A stretch of DNA of 64,000 bases from Gemmatimonadota bacterium. Lineage in GTDB: Bacteria; Gemmatimonadota; Gemmatimonadetes; Gemmatimonadales; GWC2-71-9. The position numbers and the translations under genes are program-made. The notes under the pieces are model-generated. The model saw only the letters and a program-made list of their open reading frames with translations, made no database searches and was not told where the DNA came from. The stretch is from assembly GCA_003169895.1 (NCBI GenBank), contig PNAE01000006.1, positions 103,294-167,293 on the forward strand, given 5' to 3'. The first letter of the stretch is position 1. The number at the start of each line of letters is the position of its first letter. This document shows, in pieces, positions 51,256-60,871 of the stretch.

Positions 51256-53300
51256 CCCGCGGGACGGATTCGGATCGCTTGACCACCGCCGGGCGCCAGG
51301 ACGAGGCGCAGTCGCGTAGCGGAGGTCACCGTGCGCCGCGTGATGGTGACCGGCAGGGGATTGGTCAGCCAGTGCGCGTTCGGGCCGTCAGCGTAGATCT
51401 CGGCCACGTAGCGCCGGCCCGGCGTCAGGAACGAGAGCGGAACGTCCAGCGTGCGGCCTTGCTCGTCCGTGATGGCGCCCACGAACCAGGTTTCGCCGCC
51501 GCGCACCCGGCGCGCGACCGCCACATAGTCGCCAATCCGGCCATCGAGCACGCGCGTCGTGTCCCAGTCCACGGCGACGTCGCGGATGAACTGGAACGCG
51601 GGCTGCCGCTCATAGTTCTCGGGGAGATCGGCCGCCATCTGGAGCGGCGAGTAGATCACCACGTACAGGGCGAGTTGCTTCGCCAGCGTGGTGCGCACGC
51701 GCGGCTCGTCTGGGCGGCGTGGCCGTCCGGTGCCCCGTTCGAGCAGGAGGTCGAAGATCCCGGGCGTGAAGTCCATCGGCCCGGCCAGCAGGCGCGTGAA
51801 GAAGAGGATAGTCTCATGCTCCGGCGGGTTGCCGCCATCGCCGCTCCACGCGTTGTACTCCTGTCCCCGCGCGCCTTCGCGGCTCATCATGTTCGGATAG
51901 GTGCGGCGCTCGCCGGTGTCATGCATGGGCTCGTGGGCATCGAGCATGATGCTGTCGCGCGCAGCCAGCTCGATCACGCGACGGTAGTGCTGCACCATGT
52001 ACTGTGAGTAGTGCGAGTCGCCCGCGCTGGTCAGGTCGGTTACGTAGCCGGACTTGATCGCATGAAGGCCGAGCGACCGGTACAAGACGAAGGCACTGTC
52101 CATCTGCCGCTCGTAGTTCTCGATCCCGCCCGACGTCTCGTTGTGCATGATGAGCCGCACGCCCTTCTGCCTGGCGTACGCGGCGACCGCCGCGAGATCG
52201 TAGTCGGGATAGGCCTGGGTGAAGGAGAACGCGTTGCGGTTGGCGATCCAGTCGCCGTCCCAGCCAACATTCCATCCCTCGACCAGCACGCCGCCGAAGC
52301 CGTTCGCCGCGGCGAAGTCGATGTACCGCTCCGCGTTCGCCGTTGTCGCCCCGTGCTTCGGTCCGGAGCTCCAGGTCATCGTGCCGATGTGCATGCCCCA
52401 CCAGATGCCCACGTATTTCATGGGATGGATCCAGTCCGTGCTGGCCAGGGCGTTCGGCGGGTTGAGGTTGAGGCCGAGCACCGAGGGCGCAAGGTCGGTG
52501 GCGCGGTCGGCCAGCTGGATCGTCCGCCACGGCGTCACGAACGGGGTGCGGCCGCGCACCTTGATCCCGTCCGCCAGCGGCGCCAGTGCCGCGTGCAGCG
52601 TGCGGCCCTCCATGCGCGGCCCCCGCAGGAACATCCTCGCGTAGTCGACGAGGTTCGCCTCGTGGATGACCATGAAGGTGCGGCCGTCCCGCGTCTCCAT
52701 CGTGAGCGGTGTCTGCACGCTGTCCAGCGTACTCACCGGTCCCGACGAATACAGTTCCTCGGAGCGGTCCTTGCGCGGCCAGTTGGACGGGATCCACCAC
52801 GCGCGTGCATTGTCCGCCAAGGCAAACTCGGTGAGTTCATCCGTGATCTCGAATGCGCCGAGGCCTGCCTGCGAAGGAAACTCGTACCGGAAGCCCACGC
52901 CGTCGTCGAACGCGCGCGCCCGCACGGTAAACCGTCGGTTCGGGGCCGCCATCTCCTCCACGGAGACGGCCAACTCGTTGTTGTGGTCGTGCACGCGCGC
53001 CACCTCGCCCCACGGCTGGGTCCACCATTCGTCATATGACTGCCGGGTGGTGTCGGTAATGCGCAGCCCGTCGCGGAGCGGCGGCGCCCCCCGGAACTCG
53101 AAGCCGAGCAGCGAGGGAAGAATCAGCGCGCGATCGTCGCGTGCCAGGCTGTAGTACAGCTTGCCCTCGCGGACGTCGACGGTGACCTCGTTGCGGCCGT
53201 CCGGTGAGGCGACGCGGACCTGGCCCCGAAGCGGGCCTGTGATCGCCGCGAGGGTGACTGCGGCGAGGCAGGACACGAGGGCGCGGGTGTGGCGAAGCAT
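51252..53300 (-). CDS. GH97 alpha-glucosidase (SusB-like)
   Basis: KYVGIWWGMH, LVEGWN, HNETSG, DAHEP, REGARGQEY, GPMDFTPG and SPLQMAAD motifs; signal peptide. Confidence 0.92.
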   Translation of the reverse strand: MLRHTRALVSCLAAVTLAAITGPLRGQVRVASPDGRNEVTVDVREGKLYYSLARDDRALILPSLLGFEFRGAPPLRDGLRITDTTRQSYDEWWTQPWGEVARVHDHNNELAVSVEEMAAPNRRFTVRARAFDDGVGFRYEFPSQAGLGAFEITDELTEFALADNARAWWIPSNWPRKDRSEELYSSGPVSTLDSVQTPLTMETRDGRTFMVIHEANLVDYARMFLRGPRMEGRTLHAALAPLADGIKVRGRTPFVTPWRTIQLADRATDLAPSVLGLNLNPPNALASTDWIHPMKYVGIWWGMHIGTMTWSSGPKHGATTANAERYIDFAAANGFGGVLVEGWNVGWDGDWIANRNAFSFTQAYPDYDLAAVAAYARQKGVRLIMHNETSGGIENYERQMDSAFVLYRSLGLHAIKSGYVTDLTSAGDSHYSQYMVQHYRRVIELAARDSIMLDAHEPMHDTGERRTYPNMMSREGARGQEYNAWSGDGGNPPEHETILFFTRLLAGPMDFTPGIFDLLLERGTGRPRRPDEPRVRTTLAKQLALYVVIYSPLQMAADLPENYERQPAFQFIRDVAVDWDTTRVLDGRIGDYVAVARRVRGGETWFVGAITDEQGRTLDVPLSFLTPGRRYVAEIYADGPNAHWLTNPLPVTITRRTVTSATRLRLVLAPGGGQAIRIRPAG

Positions 53301-53449
53301 GGCGAAATAGTAGGACGGCGGCCGCCCTTCGGCCACCGCGGGCCGGGCAAGCTGGCGCGCGCGCTGCCGGGTCGGCATCATTGGATGCGGTACCGAGCGT
53401 GCCCCCTGGTGGCGTACCGCGGCGAAGCGTCGCACGAAGGGAGGGGAAA

Positions 53450-53842
53450 ATGCATAGCGTAAGGCGGGTCCTCATTGTGGGGCTGCTCGCAGCGGGCTCC
53501 GCGTGCGCGCGCAGCCGCGGCGCGGCCACCGACTCCGGCGGACCGCAGCCGACGGAGCGGCCCGTCCGCGTGCACGTCATCAACCACTACAAGGAAGCCA
53601 TGGAGATCCTCGTCACCGGAGCTGGGACCACCCAGCGGCTGGGATTGGTGGCTGTCGGGATCGAGCGGGATTTCGTGCTCCCCCAGACCCTGGTCGGCAG
53701 CGGCTCGGTGGCGTTCGTGGCCCAACCCAGCGGCTTCGGGTCGATCGTCCGGTCCGACGAGGTCAGGATCAGGCCCGGTGACGTCGTGGACTTCGAGATC
53801 GCGACCAACCTGATCGGCAGCCGAGCCACCGTGCGATTGTGA
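53450..53842 (+). CDS. Putative lipoprotein
   Basis: GAGGGG before ATG 53450; RRVLIVGLLAAGSAC lipobox-like signal; beta-rich body. Confidence 0.7.
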   Translation: MHSVRRVLIVGLLAAGSACARSRGAATDSGGPQPTERPVRVHVINHYKEAMEILVTGAGTTQRLGLVAVGIERDFVLPQTLVGSGSVAFVAQPSGFGSIVRSDEVRIRPGDVVDFEIATNLIGSRATVRL

Positions 53843-54301
53843 CCGCCACCGCCTGCCGGTTCACGGCGGCGGCGCGCCCCGAACGCTCGGCACCACCCAC
53901 CGTCGCCTTGTATCTCTGAATCTGCGGCGGCTTCGGCGCGCCGGTTGGAGGGGCCCTCGCTTCCGTGCACGCCGACTGTGGGCCTTCGCGGTCCATGAAC
54001 GCTCCGCTGGCTAACTGTTGTTGATGAAGACGTTGTTCACTGATGCCCGGCAAGTCGCTGCATGGGAGTCAGGACTCGTCCACCATTGTGGAGTCAGGGA
54101 GGCACGACATGAACAGACGTCGCCCGCTGCAGGGCTTCTCGTCATCGGGCAGGGCGCGCTTAGCGCCCAGGCGCCGCGACCACCGGTCCGAATGTGGTCG
54201 GTGAGCGTCGCCGGAGGGTGCCCTGTGTTCGCCCACGGTCCTACTGACGATACGCCGACGCACGTTATTCCTCTCCGGCTCCGCGCCGTCTCACGGCCTG
54301 C

Positions 54302-54330
54302 TTGACAAAGAATGAAAAGAATGATAAGAA
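54302..54330 (+). promoter_or_regulatory. Probable sigma70 promoter of the cytochrome-porin/oxidase operon
   Basis: Perfect TTGACA, 17-nt spacer and TG-n-TAAGAA in an AT-rich patch. Confidence 0.5.
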
Positions 54331-54420
54331 ACATTGTCTGCGTCTCAAGCAATTGGCCAAAAAGGGTTTGGCCGCATTTTCGTGGTCGCATCTGGCCACG
54401 CGGGTATTAGTTAGCACCTG

Positions 54421-55977
54421 ATGTATCATCCCGAACCACCGGACCCAGGAGGCGGCATGATCGACTGGTCTGTGAAGCGCAGGGGCGGTTGCAGATGGGT
54501 CTGGAGCAGTGCACTGGTGCTTTGCGGTGGTCTCAGTGTCGGATTGGTTTCGCCGGCGGCGGCGATAGCTCGTTCCGACAGCTCCACCAATGTGACGGCA
54601 GTGAACCGCTCCGGAAATCGAGACCGTGCGAAATGGGAAGCGTACATCCTGGCCGCCGGCGGGGTGCTACCTGCCAGCGCAGGGTTGACCCTCGCGGCCC
54701 ACAAGACGGCCGCGATCCCCGCCTTCGCGAGAAAATACAACCTGCCGTGTTCGGCCTGCCACACCACCTGGCCCGAGCTCAACAGCTTCGGCCAGAGATT
54801 CAAAGACCGGGGCTATCAGCTCGGCAACGATCGCGATTCCCCCATCTGGGTCAACCCCTCCTATATCCCCATCGCGATCCGCACCACCCCGGGGTGGCGT
54901 ATGGAGCAGACGACCCACCAGCCGGTGGACGTCGTGCCGGGGGATGGCGCCAGTGGGACCGTGGAGCGGACTATCACCCAGTCCGGTTTCGACATCTCTG
55001 GCGCCGACCTGTTGATGCTGGGGACACTTTACAAGAACATCACCTTCGGGTTCGTCCCCACGATCGCCGACGGCGAAGGAGTGGGGATTGAAACCGCCTT
55101 CGTCCGCTTCGACAACCTGCGCCGGTCGGGTTGGGCTAACCTGAAGGTCGGCAAATTCGAGCTGGACAACATGCTCTCCGAGAAGCGGAGCATGATGCTT
55201 TCCAACAATGGCACCTTCTACCAGAGCTATCATTTCGTGCCGGTGGGGGATGTAACCAATTTCGGGATGGGCGACAACCAGATTGGTGCCGAATGGATGG
55301 GCCATTCGGACAACAGCTACACTCGCTTCAGCGTTGCCGTTCTGAGCAGCGTCGACGGCACGCCCGGTCTCCCCTCCGGCAAGAGCTATGACGGCGCATT
55401 CACCGTGAGCCAGGGCTTCGACGTCGGCAATCTCGGACTCCAGCGAGTGGGCCTGTACGGCTTCATGGGCCGCCGCCCCACCGTCTTCGAGACAACCGGC
55501 GGCACGCCAATTCCCGGCACCGGGACCGGCAATAAATCGTTCTATCGCTTTGGGGCTGTGGGCGATTTCTTCCTAGGCAAGCTCGAGTTCCTCCCACTGG
55601 TCATGCGTGCCTCGGACAACAAGGACCTCGCGGGTGGGACCCGGGATGCCACCTGGAACAGCGGGCTCCTCGAGCTGCACTACTACGTCAATCCCCAGCT
55701 GGTCTTTACCCAGCGGAGCGAGATCATCCGGATGTCGAACCAGGCGGATCCCGCAACGCCGAAGACGCTCGGAAACATCGATGCCTTCACGTTCGGCTAT
55801 CGCTGGTATCCGATCATGTTCAGCCGGGCGGGGCTCGCGCTGGTGGGCGAGCTGTCCTTCACCAAGACGATCGGCACCGTGCCCTTGAGCGGGGACGGTG
55901 TAGGGTTCGCCCCGCTCACGAGCGCCACAGCGGTACGGAGCACCAGCCTGCTCCTCGCACTCGACTTCGCATTCTGA
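54421..55977 (+). CDS. Cyc2-like fused monoheme cytochrome c / outer-membrane beta-barrel
   Basis: AIPAFARKYNLPCSACHTTWPELNSFGQRFK matches the Cyc2 signature AxPxFAR[QK][TY]-CxxCH-PxL. Beta-strand-rich body; terminal Phe (ALDFAF) beta-signal. Start uncertain (54421 or 54457). Confidence 0.78.
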   Translation: MYHPEPPDPGGGMIDWSVKRRGGCRWVWSSALVLCGGLSVGLVSPAAAIARSDSSTNVTAVNRSGNRDRAKWEAYILAAGGVLPASAGLTLAAHKTAAIPAFARKYNLPCSACHTTWPELNSFGQRFKDRGYQLGNDRDSPIWVNPSYIPIAIRTTPGWRMEQTTHQPVDVVPGDGASGTVERTITQSGFDISGADLLMLGTLYKNITFGFVPTIADGEGVGIETAFVRFDNLRRSGWANLKVGKFELDNMLSEKRSMMLSNNGTFYQSYHFVPVGDVTNFGMGDNQIGAEWMGHSDNSYTRFSVAVLSSVDGTPGLPSGKSYDGAFTVSQGFDVGNLGLQRVGLYGFMGRRPTVFETTGGTPIPGTGTGNKSFYRFGAVGDFFLGKLEFLPLVMRASDNKDLAGGTRDATWNSGLLELHYYVNPQLVFTQRSEIIRMSNQADPATPKTLGNIDAFTFGYRWYPIMFSRAGLALVGELSFTKTIGTVPLSGDGVGFAPLTSATAVRSTSLLLALDFAF

Positions 55978-55991
55978 TCAGGAGGCCTCGA

Positions 55992-56840
55992 ATGAGTCGG
56001 ATCCCCTTGCTGGCCTGCGCTGCCGAGTTCGGCTTGCTGTTGTCCGCCACCGGCCTCCTCGCGGCCCAGGCTCAGACCATGTCCCGCATCGGAAACGTCA
56101 CTGGCAATGCCGATGCGGGCAAACGGGAATACCGGCGGTACTGCGTCGGTTGTCACGGTCCCGCGGGTGACGGGTTGGGCGAGAATGCCCAGTGGATCGA
56201 TCCCAAACCCAGGGATTTCACCGCCGCCGTCTTCAAGTGCCGGTCGACTCCCACCGGAAGCCTACCGACGGACGAGGACCTGTTCCACTCCGTTTCCCGG
56301 GGAGTCGTGACCACCAACATGCCGTCCTGGGAGCCGCTCACCCGGCAGGCCCGGGCGAACGTGGTGGCCTACATCAAGACCTTCTCGTCGCGGTGGGCTA
56401 CGCAAGGACCGGGGACCCCGATCACCATTCCGGCGGAAACGCCCGCGAACATCGAGAGCATTCTCCGCGGAAGAGACGTCTTTCAGAAGATGGAATGCTG
56501 GAAGTGCCATGGACCCGCGGGCCACGGCGATGGTCCGGCTGCTTCCACGCTCACCGACAGCAAGGACAACCCGATCCGGCCGTACAATTTCTCCACTGGC
56601 TCCCGCTTCAAATGCGGCGAGACCAATGCGGATGTCTACCGCATCTTCATGACCGGACTCGACGGCACCCCGATGCCTTCTTTCGCCGATCTCATGCAGC
56701 CGAACGACGCCTGGGATCTGGTGCACTTTCTCCGGACCCTGCAACCCCTCCAGACGCCTGAGGCCGCGATCTGGCAGACCTGGCTCCCGGCCCACGCGAA
56801 AGAGCTCAAGCCGCTCGGTCCGGATCAGGGAGGACGTTAG
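55992..56840 (+). CDS. Periplasmic diheme cytochrome c
   Basis: Signal peptide; CVGCH and CWKCH, each followed by PxxF and a distal MPS (Met ligand). Confidence 0.92.
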   Translation: MSRIPLLACAAEFGLLLSATGLLAAQAQTMSRIGNVTGNADAGKREYRRYCVGCHGPAGDGLGENAQWIDPKPRDFTAAVFKCRSTPTGSLPTDEDLFHSVSRGVVTTNMPSWEPLTRQARANVVAYIKTFSSRWATQGPGTPITIPAETPANIESILRGRDVFQKMECWKCHGPAGHGDGPAASTLTDSKDNPIRPYNFSTGSRFKCGETNADVYRIFMTGLDGTPMPSFADLMQPNDAWDLVHFLRTLQPLQTPEAAIWQTWLPAHAKELKPLGPDQGGR

Positions 56841-56875
56841 TTTACCAGACTCACACTGAGAGAGACGGTACAACG

Positions 56876-57595
56876 ATGCGAACGAGATTGATCACCTCAC
56901 TTCCCCTGCTGGCCTTGGCCGTGTCGGCGATGGGCGCGCTGTCGGCGCCGGTGAAGACCGCCGGCGGGGTCAGCGGCACCATCACCTTTACCGGCACGCC
57001 ACCGCGGATGCGGCCGATCGACATGTCGAAGGAGCCTAGCTGCGCCAGCCAGCACCCGACCCCGGTGATGACCGAGACCGTGATGGCCGGTGCCGGCAAC
57101 ACGGTCCAGAACGTGGTCGTGTACATCTCGGCCGGGGACCAGGCCGGCGCGGCGGCTGCCCAGCCGGTCCGGTACGATCAGAAGGGCTGCCAGTATGTCC
57201 CTCACGTTCTCGTCATGCAGGTGGGCCAGCCGCTGGAGATCTATAACAACGACCAGACGTCGCACAACATTCATCCACTGGCGACCATTAACCCGGAGTG
57301 GAACAAGTCTCAGCCGCCAGGGACACCGCCGATCAAGGCGACTTATGCGAAGCCCGAGTTCATCACGGTCAAGTGCAACGTCCATCCCTGGATGCATGGC
57401 TACTTCGCCGTGCTCGCCACCTCCCATTACGCGATATCGGGCAACGACGGGAAGTTCAGTCTTGCCGGCCTGGCGCCGGGGAAGTACACGATCACCGCGT
57501 GGCATGAGAAGTTTGGCACGCAGAGCCAGGAGGTTACGGTGAGCGCCAGCGGAACCGTCACGGCGAATTTCGTATTCAAGGCGCTGCCGTATTGA
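56876..57595 (+). CDS. Periplasmic cupredoxin-motif protein with carboxypeptidase-regulatory-like beta domains
   Basis: Signal peptide; HNIH and CNVHPWM (amicyanin-like C-x2-H-x2-M type-1 Cu loop); GKYTITAWHE. Confidence 0.75.
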   Translation: MRTRLITSLPLLALAVSAMGALSAPVKTAGGVSGTITFTGTPPRMRPIDMSKEPSCASQHPTPVMTETVMAGAGNTVQNVVVYISAGDQAGAAAAQPVRYDQKGCQYVPHVLVMQVGQPLEIYNNDQTSHNIHPLATINPEWNKSQPPGTPPIKATYAKPEFITVKCNVHPWMHGYFAVLATSHYAISGNDGKFSLAGLAPGKYTITAWHEKFGTQSQEVTVSASGTVTANFVFKALPY

Positions 57596-57678
57596 GGTGG
57601 CACCCGCAGGGCCCCGCATCGGCTCCTTAGGCACCGCAGCGGATTTCACCGCCACGTCAGTAGGGGAGGCAAAGCCCG

Positions 57679-58476
57679 GTGGGCAGACTGTTTGCAGTTG
57701 TTCTTGCGGTCATCACCATTGTCTCGGCCGCCATCTTCATCGCCCGCATCTGGTGGCTCCCGCCCGACATCTCGGTGCTCGGGGTCGGCATCGACCATCA
57801 GATGACGGAGACGATGATCGCGTCCGGCGTGCTGTTCGTCGTCTGCCAGCTGGTCCTGGCCATGTTTGTCTGGCAATATGGCGACGCAGGGGATGCGCGG
57901 CCGATCAAGACTTTTCCCGGTGGGGCCACGCCGATGGTGGTGATCGCCACCATACTGGTCAGTGCCGAGATTCTGGTGTTGACGCTGGTTGGGACCAAGG
58001 TCTGGGGCGGGATCTTCCTTTCGCCGCCGGACCCAAGCGCGCTTCACATCGACGTCCAGGCTGAACAGTTCGCTTATTATTTCCGGTACCCGGGGCCGGA
58101 TGGCAAGTTCGGGGCGATACATCCGGAACTGATCGACGACGGCAACGGCAACTTTTTTGGCCTCGATCCCGCGAACGACACCGCAGCGCGGGACGACATC
58201 GTCTCGGCATCGCTGGTCATCCCTGTCAACAAGCCAATCCTGCTCACCCTGCATTCCAAGGATGTAGGGCACGCCTTCTACGTGCCCGAGCTGCGAATCC
58301 AGCAGGACTTCGTACCCGGCTTGGTGATTCCCCTCCACTTCACCGCGACCCGGCTGGCGAAAGAGGAGATCGTGTGCACCCAGCTCTGCGGGCTGGGCCA
58401 CTACAACATGCGGGCGTATCTCGAGGTAGAGTCCCTAGGTCAGTTCCAGCAGTGGCTCAAGGACCATGCACCATAG
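57679..58476 (+). CDS. coxB: Heme-copper oxidase subunit II (CuA)
   Basis: TM helices; DVGHAF, QDFVPG and CTQLCGLGHYNM motifs; no fused cytochrome c. Confidence 0.92.
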   Translation: MGRLFAVVLAVITIVSAAIFIARIWWLPPDISVLGVGIDHQMTETMIASGVLFVVCQLVLAMFVWQYGDAGDARPIKTFPGGATPMVVIATILVSAEILVLTLVGTKVWGGIFLSPPDPSALHIDVQAEQFAYYFRYPGPDGKFGAIHPELIDDGNGNFFGLDPANDTAARDDIVSASLVIPVNKPILLTLHSKDVGHAFYVPELRIQQDFVPGLVIPLHFTATRLAKEEIVCTQLCGLGHYNMRAYLEVESLGQFQQWLKDHAP

Positions 58477-58506
58477 TTCCTCTATTTCTCGAAGGGTTCA
58501 AGACAC

Positions 58507-60315
58507 ATGCATGACACTTCGGCCCCATCCGTAGCCGCTCGCGGAGAACCCTTGGAGACGACCGCCACCTCGCACCACGCCCCGCCTCAGGGATTTCTCC
58601 GCAAGTACGTCTTCAGCCTGGACCACAAGGTGATCGGGAAGCAGTACCTCGACCTGGCGCTGGTCGCGGTGGTGATCGGGATGGTCCTTTCTTGGCTGAT
58701 GCGCTTCCATCTGGGATTTCCCACGACCGCCGTTCCGGGGTTGGGGAAACTGGCGCCAACAGCGGCGGCGGGTGGCGTCATCACTCCCGAGCTCTATCTC
58801 GCGCTGATGACCATGCATGGTACGATCATGGTTTTCTTCGTGTTGACCACCGCCCCCTTCGCCGGTTTTGGCAACTTCGTGCTGCCCATCCAGGTGGGCG
58901 CGGAAGACATGGCGTTTCCCCGCTTCAACATGATGTCCTTCTGGGTGACCTTCGTGGCGTTCCTGGTGCTGGTCGCCGCGTTCTTCGTGCCGGAAGGGCC
59001 GCCGATCTCGGGGTGGACGGCCTATGCGCCGCTCAGCGCTATCGGCAAGGATGCGGGGCCGGGACTGGGCACCGGCCAGACGCTTTGGGCGGTCTCGATC
59101 GCGCTCTTCTGTGTCGGCCAGCTGCTGGGCGCGCTCAACTTCATCGCAACCACGCTCGACCTTCGCACCAAGGGCATGACGCTGATGCGCATGCCGCTGT
59201 CCACCTGGGCCTGGTTCATCACCTCGGTGATCGGTCTTATCGCGTTCTCGGTGCTGCTCCCCGCTTGCATCCTGCTCATTCTCGACCGGGTGGCGGGGAC
59301 AAGCTTCTTCATTCCCGGGGGACTGGTCGTCAGCGACCGGTTGCAGCCACACTCCGGTGGTTCCCCGCTGCTGTGGCAGCATCTGTTCTGGTTCTTCGGG
59401 CATCCGGAGGTGTACATCGCGATCCTGCCGGGCTTCGGCATTGTCTCCCACATCCTGCCGGTCTTCGCGCGGAAACCGCTGCTCGGCCCCAAGGTTGTGC
59501 TGATCTGCCTGATCGCGATTGCCTTCCTGAGCTACACGGTGTGGGGCCACCACATGTTCCTGAGCGGAATGAACCCGCTCTCCGCGACGCTGTTCTCCGT
59601 CCCGACCCTGGTCATCACCATCCCGGCCACTATCGTGGTGCTGCTGTGGATCGGCACGGTGTACGGCGCCCGCATGCGCTTCACGACCCCGGCACTGTTC
59701 TGTCTCGGATTCATCTCGGTGTTCGTGAGCGGCGGCATCAGCGGCTTTTTCCTGGCCCAGCCGTCCATCGATACCTATCTCCATGGCACCTACTTTGTGG
59801 TGGGACATTTCCATTTCGTGATGGGGGTTGCGGCGATGTTCGGCATCTTCGCCGGCGTCTACTTCTGGTTCCCCAAGATGTACGGCCGGATGATGAACGA
59901 TAAGCTCGGCAAGCTGCACTTTACCCTGACGCTGATTGGGGTCTACTGCGTCTTCATGCCGATGCATTATCTCGGTCTCGCCGGCAACGTGCGCCGGTAC
60001 TCCACGTTTACTGACGATTACATGAAAGGGTCATTGCCCCTCCACCGTTTCATCACCATCGCGGCGCTCTTCACCGGCGCTGTGCAACTGATCTTCTTCT
60101 ACAACCTGATCCATAGCCGCCTTCGTGGAGCGAAGGCGCCCGACAATCCCTGGCAGGCGACCTCGCTCGAATGGTCGACCAGTTCGCCGCCGCCCTTCGA
60201 CAACTTCGGCGGGCATCACCCGGTGGTGACGCACGGCCCCAACGAGTACGGAGTGAAGGGCCCCACGGGCGACTACATCATGCAAGCCTCTAGCGATCAG
60301 CCGGTGACGTCCTGA
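58507..60315 (+). CDS. coxA: Heme-copper oxidase subunit I, A1-type motif
   Basis: DHKVIG, MHGTIM, EDMAFPRFN, FWFFGHPEVY, WGHHMF, GHFH and RRY motifs: all six His ligands and the cross-linked Tyr. Confidence 0.96.
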   Translation: MHDTSAPSVAARGEPLETTATSHHAPPQGFLRKYVFSLDHKVIGKQYLDLALVAVVIGMVLSWLMRFHLGFPTTAVPGLGKLAPTAAAGGVITPELYLALMTMHGTIMVFFVLTTAPFAGFGNFVLPIQVGAEDMAFPRFNMMSFWVTFVAFLVLVAAFFVPEGPPISGWTAYAPLSAIGKDAGPGLGTGQTLWAVSIALFCVGQLLGALNFIATTLDLRTKGMTLMRMPLSTWAWFITSVIGLIAFSVLLPACILLILDRVAGTSFFIPGGLVVSDRLQPHSGGSPLLWQHLFWFFGHPEVYIAILPGFGIVSHILPVFARKPLLGPKVVLICLIAIAFLSYTVWGHHMFLSGMNPLSATLFSVPTLVITIPATIVVLLWIGTVYGARMRFTTPALFCLGFISVFVSGGISGFFLAQPSIDTYLHGTYFVVGHFHFVMGVAAMFGIFAGVYFWFPKMYGRMMNDKLGKLHFTLTLIGVYCVFMPMHYLGLAGNVRRYSTFTDDYMKGSLPLHRFITIAALFTGAVQLIFFYNLIHSRLRGAKAPDNPWQATSLEWSTSSPPPFDNFGGHHPVVTHGPNEYGVKGPTGDYIMQASSDQPVTS

Positions 60316-60316
60316 C

Positions 60317-60853
60317 ATGGAAACCATGAAGATGACCGCGCCCGCCTCGCCGGCGCGGACTGGCGTCTGGGTCGGTATTGCGACCATCACGATGTCTTTC
60401 GCCGCGTACACCAGCGCTCTCCTGGTGCGGCAAGGCGCCGGGTCGGACTGGCAGCATTTCCGGCTGCCATCGATTCTCTATTTCAATACGGTATTGCTGC
60501 TGGTGAGCAGCGGGACCATCGAGCTGGGTCGGAGGCGGGGATACGCCTGGCTGATCTTCACGCTGGGACTGGGATTGCTATTCATCGCGGGACAGGTTCT
60601 CGCCTGGCGGAACCTTGCGGCCCAGGGCCTCTTCCTCGCCACCAACCCCAGCAGTTCCTTCTTCTATGTGTTTACCGTGCTCCATGCGCTGCACCTGCTC
60701 GGCGGGATTGTGGCCCTGGGATACGTTCTTGTCCGCTTGCGCGCGCCGACCGGCGGACCACCGCTGACCGCGCTAGGCGCTGTATCGCTCTACTGGCATT
60801 TCATGGACGTCCTCTGGCTCTATCTGCTGGTGATTCTCGCACTGCGGCTGTAG
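60317..60853 (+). CDS. coxC: Heme-copper oxidase subunit III (first paralog)
   Basis: NTVLLLVSS, FFYVFTVLHALHLLGG and YWHFMDVLW motifs. Confidence 0.88.
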   Translation: METMKMTAPASPARTGVWVGIATITMSFAAYTSALLVRQGAGSDWQHFRLPSILYFNTVLLLVSSGTIELGRRRGYAWLIFTLGLGLLFIAGQVLAWRNLAAQGLFLATNPSSSFFYVFTVLHALHLLGGIVALGYVLVRLRAPTGGPPLTALGAVSLYWHFMDVLWLYLLVILALRL

Positions 60854-60871
60854 CCTGCCGCCGGAGGTGAC

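Noticed and set aside
53843-54300. Possible integron attC site or IS110 left end in the spacer before the Cyc2-like gene
   Set aside because: GCTAAC and a GGAGTCAGG duplication are present, but I could find no paired attC boxes, integrase or recognisable IS end. The short ORFs here lack motifs.
54350-54400. Sigma54 promoter from the TGGC motifs
   Set aside because: No TTGC at the required -12 spacing.
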